Positions 39,634-47,737 of a DNA stretch of 64,000 nucleotides are shown here, in pieces (position 1 is the first letter of the stretch; every line of letters begins with the position of its first letter). The translations under genes were made by a program, and so were the position numbers. Below the pieces are notes generated by a model. The model had not been told where the DNA came from. It saw only the letters and a program-made list of their open reading frames with translations, and ran no database searches. This DNA comes from a virus. Taxonomy: Duplodnaviria; Heunggongvirae; Uroviricota; Caudoviricetes. The stretch lies in the IMG/VR virus record IMGVR_UViG_3300038345_000251, positions 128,001-192,000 of that record; one strand, given 5' to 3'.

Positions 39634-42387
39634 ATGAATAATGAAAGAATCTTATTGTGTGGAATCGGAAAATTAGAAAATTGTTACATTCGTGAATGGG
39701 TAGAATATCATAAAAATTTAGGTTTTACTAATATAGTTTTATATGATAATAATGATAAAGATGGTGAACGATTTGAAGATGTAATCGGTGATTACATTAG
39801 GGATGGCTATGTAATTATGAGAGATAGAAGAGGTGTCGAATTAGCACAGATTCCTGCATATAATGATTGCTATAAAGAATTTAAAAAAGATTATGATTGG
39901 ATTGGATATTGGGATATTGATGAATTTATTGAATTTGAACAGAGTGGACAGACAATTCAACAATTTTTAAGTAAACCAATGTTTAACAAGTATCAATCTA
40001 TTAGATTATGTTGGAAACAATATACTGATAATGGGTTGATAACAGTTGATGATGAAAATTATTCAGTTACAAGATTCACAGAAGTATTTGATAAACAATT
40101 TTGTGTGAATAATGGCATTCCTGTTGCACATTATATTACTTCAAATACACAAGCAAAGGCGATTATTAGAACAAACGTAAAAGATTTTAATGTTATAAGT
40201 CCTCACTGTTATCTTGATGTACCAACTGTTACAGCAGATGGTAAAGTACCACCAAAAAATCATATTAGAATAGGAAATGTACCTGTTTGGAAAGGTGCTT
40301 GGCTTAATCACTATCGTTTTAAAACAATTGAAGAATATGTAAAACAAAAAATGGTAAGATTATGGCCTACTAAATATATGAATGGTGGTAAAGATAGACT
40401 TAATCTTGATTATTTCTTCATGTTTAATGTTAAAACGCAAGAAAAAGTTAATTTAGCAAATGAGATATTAAAAAAAAACACTAAAAAAACCATAAAAATT
40501 AATTCTTGGATTAAAAGAAACCCTGATGGAACATTAAAAAAGAACAATTGGGGGGATGATGTTAATTATTATTTCTTACCAAATATTTTTAATGCAAGAT
40601 TAATTGATAAAACTAAAAAAGATAAAGGCGAAAATTATTGTTTCATTGGCTCTATTATAAATGATAATTATGTTGATGAAAATACAATAATTTGGGGTAG
40701 TGGTGTACAAACACGAACATTACAATTAAAAAAGAAACCTAAAAAAGTATGTGCTGTTCGTGGTCCATTAACAAGATTACAACTTATGAAGAAGGGTATA
40801 AGTTGCCCTGAAATATATGGAGACCCAACACTTTTATTACCTTATTTCTATTCACCAAAATTACCTAAGAAATATAAAATTGGGTTTATTCCACATTGGT
40901 CATCTATTGACACTATGAATACTATTCGTTTTAAAAGCGATAGTAGAGTACACTTAATTAAAATGAGTGGTTATAAAAAGTGGACAGATGTTATTGATGA
41001 AATAGTTTCTTGTGAATATATTGTTTCTGAATCATTACATGGATTAATTATGGCTGAAGCATATGGAATACCTAATTTGTGGGTTGATGTAAGTTTAAAA
41101 GGCGTTTATGATATAAAATTCCATGATTTCTTCCTTTCAATGAAAGAAGATAGAAGAGAAGCAGTAAAGGTTGATAAGAATTTTAATGCAGATATTGCTT
41201 TGAAATTACTTAAAAACTATAAAAAAGGAACAATGCCTAACTTGAAAAAATTGGTTGAAGCGTGTCCAATTGAAATCAATAATAGTGAATTTTTAGAGAG
41301 AATCTATAGTAAAACACCTTTAATTGTTGAAGAACCACCACAAATGGTAGAGGAATCAGAAGAACAACAAGAGGTGAAAAAACCTTATGAACCAGGTATT
41401 TCAATATGTATAACAGCATATAAGGCACAAAAATATCTTAAAGAAACTTTGGATTCTGTGTATAATCAGACTTGGTTTTTAAACCATAACAATTGGGAAG
41501 TATTACTTGGTATTGATGGTTGTGAAGAAACACTTGAATATGTTAAAACTATTATGGGTGATTATAAGAACCTTCGTGTATTCATGATGGATAGTAATCA
41601 AGGAACTTATATTACAACAAATACAATAATGTCACAAGCAAGATATGATGGTTTAATACGTTTTGATTCAGATGATATAATGTTACCTGAAATGGTTGAA
41701 AGAATCATGACAAAACGTGCAAATTATGATGTCGTAAGGTTTAAAATGCAAAACTTTGGTAAAAATACTATAACAAATATGGCTTGTGGACAAATATATA
41801 TGAAACATGATATATTTGATGAATTTGGTGGTTATCAGCCTTGGAAATGTAATGCTGATAGTGAAATGGAAAAACGTGTTCATAAGTTCGTCAATCTTCT
41901 TAAAATACAAGAAGTTCTTTTGAGAAGAAGAATTCATGATACAAACTTAACTGTGGCTAAAGATACAAATTTCCAATCTTCTTTAAGAAGAAAATATATA
42001 AGTTACGTTTTAAAACTTCATGTTAAATCAAGAAAAGAGGCAGTCATTAATAAAGTGACAAATACTTTTACTGAAATTTATAATTCGATAGAAGAAAATT
42101 ATACTATTCAAGAATCTAAACCTATTTTTGAAGAACCTAAACCTGTTTTAAAACGTTTACCAACACCAACAGTAAAAACACCTGTTAAAAAATATGCTGT
42201 TCCGAAACGAATTGTTAAAGAAGAAGAAGTAAATGAAGATATTAAAGAAAAAGAATCTGAACAAGAAATTGAAACAGTCGTTCAAGACACTAAACAAATA
42301 AGTTTAAAGGAAAAGGTTAAACAAATTAAAGTGCCAAGAAATTATTCAAGGAAACTTGGTGATAGATATATAATGAATGATTATTAA
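39634..42387 (+). CDS. Three-domain glycan enzyme: GT-A (GT2/GT92-like), polysaccharide pyruvyl transferase-like, GT2
   Basis: REWVEYH..LGF...LYDN, WDIDEF; NWGD, WGSG, AVRGPLT, GDP, IPH, SLHGLI.AEAYGIP; ISICITAY...TLDS, RFDSDD; late motif at 39607-39614. Confidence 0.85.
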   Translation: MNNERILLCGIGKLENCYIREWVEYHKNLGFTNIVLYDNNDKDGERFEDVIGDYIRDGYVIMRDRRGVELAQIPAYNDCYKEFKKDYDWIGYWDIDEFIEFEQSGQTIQQFLSKPMFNKYQSIRLCWKQYTDNGLITVDDENYSVTRFTEVFDKQFCVNNGIPVAHYITSNTQAKAIIRTNVKDFNVISPHCYLDVPTVTADGKVPPKNHIRIGNVPVWKGAWLNHYRFKTIEEYVKQKMVRLWPTKYMNGGKDRLNLDYFFMFNVKTQEKVNLANEILKKNTKKTIKINSWIKRNPDGTLKKNNWGDDVNYYFLPNIFNARLIDKTKKDKGENYCFIGSIINDNYVDENTIIWGSGVQTRTLQLKKKPKKVCAVRGPLTRLQLMKKGISCPEIYGDPTLLLPYFYSPKLPKKYKIGFIPHWSSIDTMNTIRFKSDSRVHLIKMSGYKKWTDVIDEIVSCEYIVSESLHGLIMAEAYGIPNLWVDVSLKGVYDIKFHDFFLSMKEDRREAVKVDKNFNADIALKLLKNYKKGTMPNLKKLVEACPIEINNSEFLERIYSKTPLIVEEPPQMVEESEEQQEVKKPYEPGISICITAYKAQKYLKETLDSVYNQTWFLNHNNWEVLLGIDGCEETLEYVKTIMGDYKNLRVFMMDSNQGTYITTNTIMSQARYDGLIRFDSDDIMLPEMVERIMTKRANYDVVRFKMQNFGKNTITNMACGQIYMKHDIFDEFGGYQPWKCNADSEMEKRVHKFVNLLKIQEVLLRRRIHDTNLTVAKDTNFQSSLRRKYISYVLKLHVKSRKEAVINKVTNTFTEIYNSIEENYTIQESKPIFEEPKPVLKRLPTPTVKTPVKKYAVPKRIVKEEEVNEDIKEKESEQEIETVVQDTKQISLKEKVKQIKVPRNYSRKLGDRYIMNDY

Positions 42388-42412
42388 AAGAGGATGTAAA
42401 ATCCTCTTTTTT
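42386..42412 (+). terminator. Intrinsic terminator
   Basis: AAAAGAGGAT-GTAAA-ATCCTCTTTT. Confidence 0.75.
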
Positions 42413-42434
42413 GTTTTCCTTTGTAAAAGAATGA

Positions 42435-42444
42435 ACTATTTATA
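42435..42444 (+). promoter_or_regulatory. Putative late promoter motif (ACTATTTATA)
   Basis: About 23 nt upstream of ORF 42467. Confidence 0.6.
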
Positions 42445-42466
42445 AAGAAAAAATAAGATTTTAATT

Positions 42467-43624
42467 ATGGCACATTTAAGAGTATTTGAAAATCACGAAG
42501 ATTATGAATTTTTTATAGCTAGTGGTACAATGTATTATCCTAATGTATCAGTTTGTGAAGAACAATACGAGGCACATTATAATGATAATGGTACTATAGA
42601 CAAAAATGATGGTAGACAAAAATATGGTATTATTGAAATTGACGATATTGAACCGTTTGAGTGTGAGGGTGGTATTGAAACAGGTATTAGTTTAACAACA
42701 GCAGAAACTAACCGTTGGAAATTAAAAGATAAGTCTGATTGGCTTAATGTATCACCAATTAGTGGTGTTGGTAGTATTGATTTGACTGTAGAAGCAGAAG
42801 AATACACTAATACTGAAGAAGATAGAGAGGGGTTCTTTACTGTTGGGTATACAATGCCTGATAGTACCTATAGTGTAAGTAAATATGGTATTGTACAAAA
42901 GAAGAAAATTGATTATAGTAAACAATCGTTAACATTTAAAATTTTATCTGGTGGTACAATTAATTGGATAACATCAGATGAATCATTCACCAAGACAATC
43001 AGTTACAGTACAGATAATGGCACTACATGGACAGACATTGTTTCATCAACAGAAGGTACATCAATTAATGTAAATGCTGGTGATAATGTAATGTTTAAAG
43101 GTGATAATGCTACATATGGTGATGGTGAAAATGTTCACAATTACTTTGGTGGTACTGCTATGTTTGAAATTGAAGGAAATATAATGTCACTTGTTGATAG
43201 TACAGGATATACAACTGCAACTACTTTATCAAGTGCTTATACTTTTTATTCCTTATTCATAAATTGTTCAGGATTAACATCTGCTGAAAACCTTGTTCTT
43301 CCTGCTACTACTTTAGCAGAGGTTTGTTATTCTTGTATGTTCTATGGCTGTACAGGTTTAACTACAGCACCTGAACTACCAGCAACAACATTAGTAGAAC
43401 GTTGTTATTATTATATGTTCAATGGATGTACAAATCTTAACTATATCAAATGTTTAGCAACTGATATAAGTGCAACTGATTGTACACATGGTTGGGTATT
43501 AAGGGTTGCATCATCAGGTACTTTCCACAAAAACAGTTCAATGAGTAGTTGGACAACAGGTGATAGTGGTATTCCAAATGGATGGACAGTAGATGGATGG
43601 ACAGTAGAAGATGCAACATTGTAA
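42467..43624 (+). CDS. Putative virion adhesin: BACON-like Ig domain plus BspA-like leucine-rich repeats
   Basis: WLNVSPISG.G...LTV.A..Y.....R.G...V...VQ; repeats LPATTLA..CY..MF.GCT.L. Confidence 0.7.
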   Translation: MAHLRVFENHEDYEFFIASGTMYYPNVSVCEEQYEAHYNDNGTIDKNDGRQKYGIIEIDDIEPFECEGGIETGISLTTAETNRWKLKDKSDWLNVSPISGVGSIDLTVEAEEYTNTEEDREGFFTVGYTMPDSTYSVSKYGIVQKKKIDYSKQSLTFKILSGGTINWITSDESFTKTISYSTDNGTTWTDIVSSTEGTSINVNAGDNVMFKGDNATYGDGENVHNYFGGTAMFEIEGNIMSLVDSTGYTTATTLSSAYTFYSLFINCSGLTSAENLVLPATTLAEVCYSCMFYGCTGLTTAPELPATTLVERCYYYMFNGCTNLNYIKCLATDISATDCTHGWVLRVASSGTFHKNSSMSSWTTGDSGIPNGWTVDGWTVEDATL

Positions 43625-43648
43625 ATTTATATTACATATTTAATAATA

Positions 43649-43679
43649 AAAAAAGCAAGTTGAAAAACTTGCTTTTTTT
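43649..43679 (+). terminator. Intrinsic terminator
   Basis: AAAAAAGCAAGTT-GAAA-AACTTGCTTTTTT. Confidence 0.85.
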
Positions 43680-43718
43680 ATTGTTTATATTATTTTATTA
43701 GAAAAAATAATAAATAAT

Positions 43719-45431
43719 ATGAAAACATTACTTTGTTGTATAGGTAGAAATGAAAATCAATATATTAGAGAATATGTTGAATACTATAAGAATTTAGGTT
43801 TTACCAATATAGTTTTATGTGATAACAACTATGATGGTGAAGAACATTTTGAAGATGTAATTCAGGATTATATTGATAGTGGATATGTAATCTTGAAAGA
43901 TTATAGAAATAAGAAGGTATGTCAGTTAAATGCGTATAATACTTGTTATGCTGAATATGGTAAAGATTATGATTGGATTGCTTTTTTTGATTGTGATGAA
44001 TTTTTGACATTGACAAAGAAGAAAACGATAGATGAATATCTTTCAGCAATTTATTTTAGAAGATATGATATGATTCATATTAACTGGAGGTGTTATGGTG
44101 ATTCTGATTTAGCAAGAAACGATGGTAGACCATTACTTGAAAGATTCACAAAACCAATTCCTGATGATAGACAAGTTGCTTATCATTTTCCTGAAAATAA
44201 CCATATAAAGAGTATTATTAGAGGTGGTTTAAGAAAGGTGGAATATAAAGTTAATCCGCATACACCACAAACAATAACTAAATGTTGTAATAATAGGGGT
44301 ATTGCTTGTAATGGTGCTTCGGCATTTGAAAAATATAATTTTGATGATGCATATTTAAGGCATTTTTCAACTAAGACAATTGAAGAATATTGTGGTAAAC
44401 TTAAAAGAGGTTTCCCTGATGGACTATGGAGTTTTGAAAAAATGGGTGAACATCTTTTGGAAACAAGATTTTTTAGATATAACAGAGTAACACAGGAAAA
44501 ACTTGATGTTATTAAGGAAGAACTTGGAATTGATTTTACTAAACTTAAGCCAGAGACATCAACAAGAATATCTGATAATGCTTCAAATGAAGTAATTGAT
44601 GGAAAGAGAAAAGATGTTCAATTGTTTATGCTTTGTTATGATAAAGAGCAGTATGACTTTGTTGATAATGAAGTAATGACACCTATTCAATGTGGTGCAG
44701 TTAACGGAAAAGATGTTTGTTCATTAAAGGATAATACAGGAGAAAATATTTCACAAGCAAACTTTTTCTTTGTAGAAAATACAGGAACATTTTGGATTTG
44801 GAAAAATATAAAAGATGCTAGATATAAGGGACAAACACAATATAGAAGAAGACTTATTGGTGTTGATGAAAAAACAGATTATGATAGAATTTTTAAAGAT
44901 TATGATATAATTTGTGCAAAACCTTATAATTATCCTGCAAATAAAACTGCATTCATTCCTGCTGATACATTAATTGATGGATATGGTTATTCACATAATA
45001 GAGAAGACCTTGAATGTCTTGGTGATATTTTAAAAGAAACATATCCTGAATATGCACAGGATTGGGAAAATGTTGTGGTTAAAGGACAAGATTTGTATTA
45101 TTCAAACGGTTTTGTTCTTCCTGCTGATAAATATGATGAATATTGTGAATTCTTATTCGATTTACTTAGTAAATGGCTTCAGAAGAATAACATTAACACA
45201 TATGAAGATTTGATTGTACACGTTGCAAGAAACCTTGGTGCAGGAAAATACATTAGATACCCAAGAGAAGGTAAAGACCCTATGGAACTTACTTGGCCAT
45301 CTGTTAATTGGCAGATTCACATTGGTGGATTCCTTTCAGAACGTATTTTGACACTTTGGATTAATCATAATATACCAAAGGAACGCAGATATGAGGTCGA
45401 TTACCTTAAAATGGAAGACACTTATATTTAA
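43719..45431 (+). CDS. Two-domain glycosyltransferase: GT-A (paralog of the 39634 N-domain) plus DUF4422-like domain
   Basis: REYVEYY..LGF, FFDCDEF; TPIQCG, DNTGENIS..N..F.E.T..FWIWKN, QYRR, YCEFLF, GFLSER. Confidence 0.85.
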   Translation: MKTLLCCIGRNENQYIREYVEYYKNLGFTNIVLCDNNYDGEEHFEDVIQDYIDSGYVILKDYRNKKVCQLNAYNTCYAEYGKDYDWIAFFDCDEFLTLTKKKTIDEYLSAIYFRRYDMIHINWRCYGDSDLARNDGRPLLERFTKPIPDDRQVAYHFPENNHIKSIIRGGLRKVEYKVNPHTPQTITKCCNNRGIACNGASAFEKYNFDDAYLRHFSTKTIEEYCGKLKRGFPDGLWSFEKMGEHLLETRFFRYNRVTQEKLDVIKEELGIDFTKLKPETSTRISDNASNEVIDGKRKDVQLFMLCYDKEQYDFVDNEVMTPIQCGAVNGKDVCSLKDNTGENISQANFFFVENTGTFWIWKNIKDARYKGQTQYRRRLIGVDEKTDYDRIFKDYDIICAKPYNYPANKTAFIPADTLIDGYGYSHNREDLECLGDILKETYPEYAQDWENVVVKGQDLYYSNGFVLPADKYDEYCEFLFDLLSKWLQKNNINTYEDLIVHVARNLGAGKYIRYPREGKDPMELTWPSVNWQIHIGGFLSERILTLWINHNIPKERRYEVDYLKMEDTYI

Positions 45432-45457
45432 TAATTGATTTATTAATATAAAATTTG

Positions 45458-45485
45458 TATATTTGTAATAAGAAAACTATTTATA
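45458..45485 (+). promoter_or_regulatory. Tandem host-type (-7 TATATTTG) and late-type (ACTATTTATA) promoter motifs
   Basis: 45458-45465 and 45476-45485, upstream of a structured leader. Confidence 0.6.
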
Positions 45486-45493
45486 ATTATATG

Positions 45494-45592
45494 TAATGAT
45501 TTACTGGCACCATTTCATTAGTTGAAAGAAAAATAATATCGTAAGATATTTATGACGTTTGTATAGTTGTGCCAGAATTATACAAACGTCAT
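45494..45592 (+). ncRNA. Candidate structured RNA/leader with a kissing-loop interaction
   Basis: Hairpin 1 loop CTGGCAC (45504-45510) is complementary to the 7-nt loop GTGCCAG (45569-45575) of a 17-bp hairpin; a GTAA-tetraloop hairpin lies between them. Confidence 0.55.
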
Positions 45593-45604
45593 TCTTTTTA
45601 AATT

Positions 45605-46516
45605 ATGAAGAAGTTGACAACAGAAGAATTTATTAAACGTGCAAGAGAAGTTCACGGAGATAAATATGATTATTCCAAAGTTGAGTACGTAAATGCACAC
45701 ACAAAGGTATGTATAGTTTGTTCAGAACACGGAGAGTTTTGGCAAGTTCCATATGCACATATTGACCAAAGACAAGGATGCCCAAAATGTGTTAAAAGAT
45801 ATGAGAAAAGTAGGGATATAGTAAACGAATTAAAAAAAATACATAAAAATAAATACGATTATTCCAAAGCAACATATGATGGTCCTAGAAATAAAATTAT
45901 TATAATTTGTCCAAAACACGGAGAGTTTACACAGAGGTTTGATGCACATTTAAGTGGGCAAGGTTGTCCTTTTTGTAAAAAAGAATTTTTAAAAGAATTA
46001 CGTACTTCAAATAATAAAGAGTTTCTTGAAAAAGCAAGAGAAGTTCACGGAGATAAATACGATTATTCTAAAGTTGACTATGTAAATGCACATACATATG
46101 TTACAATTATTTGTTGTGAACATGGAGAATATCGTCAGTTACCAATGAATCATTTAAAGGGGAAAGGGTGTCCTTCTTGTAAAAGTTCTAAATTAGAGAT
46201 TTTAATGAGAGAGTGTTTAACAAATAATAATATTAGTTTTGAAGAACAAAAAACATTTCATTGGTTAAAATATAAAAAACCAATGAAAATAGATTTTTAT
46301 TTGCCTGATTATAATATTGCTATTGAATGCCAAGGTGGGCAACATTTTCAACCTGTTGATTATGCAGGTTTAGGTAAACAATGGGCAGAAAAACAATTAT
46401 TATTAAATCAAAGTAGGGATAAAAAGAAAAAAGAGTTGTGTGAAGAAAATGGTGTGAAACTTTGTTATATAAATTATGATGATGACATAGAAGAAAAACT
46501 TTTAGAAATTTTGTAA
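45605..46516 (+). CDS. Putative homing endonuclease: 3 Zn-binding repeats plus PD-(D/E)XK nuclease
   Basis: Same repeat as ORFs 2977 and 5644; IDFYLPDYNIAIECQGGQH. Confidence 0.8.
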   Translation: MKKLTTEEFIKRAREVHGDKYDYSKVEYVNAHTKVCIVCSEHGEFWQVPYAHIDQRQGCPKCVKRYEKSRDIVNELKKIHKNKYDYSKATYDGPRNKIIIICPKHGEFTQRFDAHLSGQGCPFCKKEFLKELRTSNNKEFLEKAREVHGDKYDYSKVDYVNAHTYVTIICCEHGEYRQLPMNHLKGKGCPSCKSSKLEILMRECLTNNNISFEEQKTFHWLKYKKPMKIDFYLPDYNIAIECQGGQHFQPVDYAGLGKQWAEKQLLLNQSRDKKKKELCEENGVKLCYINYDDDIEEKLLEIL

Positions 46517-46592
46517 GTACATTTAACATTTTCAAACTATTTATATATGAATGAAGTTTTTCATGGTTAGGTTTTTTTGTTTTTATTATTGG

Positions 46593-46627
46593 GAAAAATG
46601 CAGTCAAGAAATTGACAGCATTTTTTC
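46593..46627 (+). terminator. Hairpin/terminator, copy 1 of a repeated element
   Basis: AATGCAGTCAA-GAAA-TTGACAGCATT followed by a T run. Confidence 0.7.
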
Positions 46628-46673
46628 TTTAAATTAACATATAATTTATTTATTTTTAATAAAAAGTTTAGAT

Positions 46674-47597
46674 ATGTTATTAAGTGAAATTGACAAATTT
46701 TATGGATTAGAGAATGGTATTCCATTAAAGAAGAGGTTATTTGAATATAGAACAGAGAAGGTTAAGAAGTTGATGGTTGAAGCATATGGTTCTTTTCCTG
46801 AACAATATGATAGTGTAAAAAAAATATCGGATGAAATAGTTTTAAAAATAGAGAAGAAGGAATTTATAAAGAAAGATGGTTATTTTTTAATAAGTATTAC
46901 AGAAAATGTTATTGGTATTGGTGAAGTAAATATCTCAGTAAGGTGGTATGACAATAAGTATGGTGATAAAGTTGTTTATGGTAAGAGAGTAGGGAAAAAC
47001 AATATAGAGTTAAGCATATATGCTGGTGAAGTAGTTTATTATAATTTATCATCCACTATTGCACATGAGATAATGCATTGTTTTCAGGATACATTACCGA
47101 AAGTAAAGGGGGTTAACGAAAAATCAATATTTTTATATTCGCATGTTTTAGAGTTTTATCAAAATGCACCAAGTTCATTAGTTGCTAATTTCTTTTATGG
47201 TTTATATATATGTTATTCATTTGAAGCATCTGCTAATATATCATCTGTTGCCAATTATATATCAAGTTTTTTTAATGGTAAAAAGAATATGACAACTATT
47301 GAAATGCAGAAAGCATTATATAAATTTGATAAGTATCAGGATTATGATGAGATATATAAAAGTTTGGTAAATAAATCTTATATTGATTTTAGTGAAGATG
47401 ATATTAGGTATATAGAACGATGTATGACAAATAAGTTACATAATTATGTAACTGATAATATGGAATGTATATATGATAGGAATAAATTTAATGTAGAAAA
47501 GTTCATAAATTCAAATATCAAAAACATTGTTAATATATGCAGGACAACGATTGATAAAATGTGGAAAAATACAATGTTATATATTAATGAAAAATAA
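46674..47597 (+). CDS. Putative zincin-like metallopeptidase
   Basis: TIAHEIMHCFQ (HExxH) with downstream FEASA as possible third ligand. Confidence 0.55.
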   Translation: MLLSEIDKFYGLENGIPLKKRLFEYRTEKVKKLMVEAYGSFPEQYDSVKKISDEIVLKIEKKEFIKKDGYFLISITENVIGIGEVNISVRWYDNKYGDKVVYGKRVGKNNIELSIYAGEVVYYNLSSTIAHEIMHCFQDTLPKVKGVNEKSIFLYSHVLEFYQNAPSSLVANFFYGLYICYSFEASANISSVANYISSFFNGKKNMTTIEMQKALYKFDKYQDYDEIYKSLVNKSYIDFSEDDIRYIERCMTNKLHNYVTDNMECIYDRNKFNVEKFINSNIKNIVNICRTTIDKMWKNTMLYINEK

Positions 47598-47627
47598 GAA
47601 GACATTTATGTTTTTATTTTTATGTTG

Positions 47628-47658
47628 AATGCAGTCAAATAATTGGCTGCATTTTTTT
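47628..47658 (+). terminator. Hairpin/terminator, copy 2 of a repeated element
   Basis: AATGCAGTCAA-ATAA-TTGGCTGCATT followed by a T run. Confidence 0.7.
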
Positions 47659-47710
47659 CTTTATTTTCATAATTATTTTGTTTATATTTATCTTAGAAAA
47701 TTCATTGATA

Positions 47711-47720
47711 ACTATTTATA
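47711..47720 (+). promoter_or_regulatory. Putative late promoter motif (ACTATTTATA)
   Basis: Upstream of the baseplate operon. Confidence 0.6.
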
Positions 47721-47737
47721 TTTAAACAATTATAGAT

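Noticed and set aside
42467-43624. Complete diversity-generating retroelement
   Set aside because: No reverse transcriptase or template repeat visible in the window
46541-46564. Minus-strand mini-ORF MKNFIHI as a real peptide
   Set aside because: Only 7 codons and no minus-strand promoter motif seen; retained only as the antisense-seed observation
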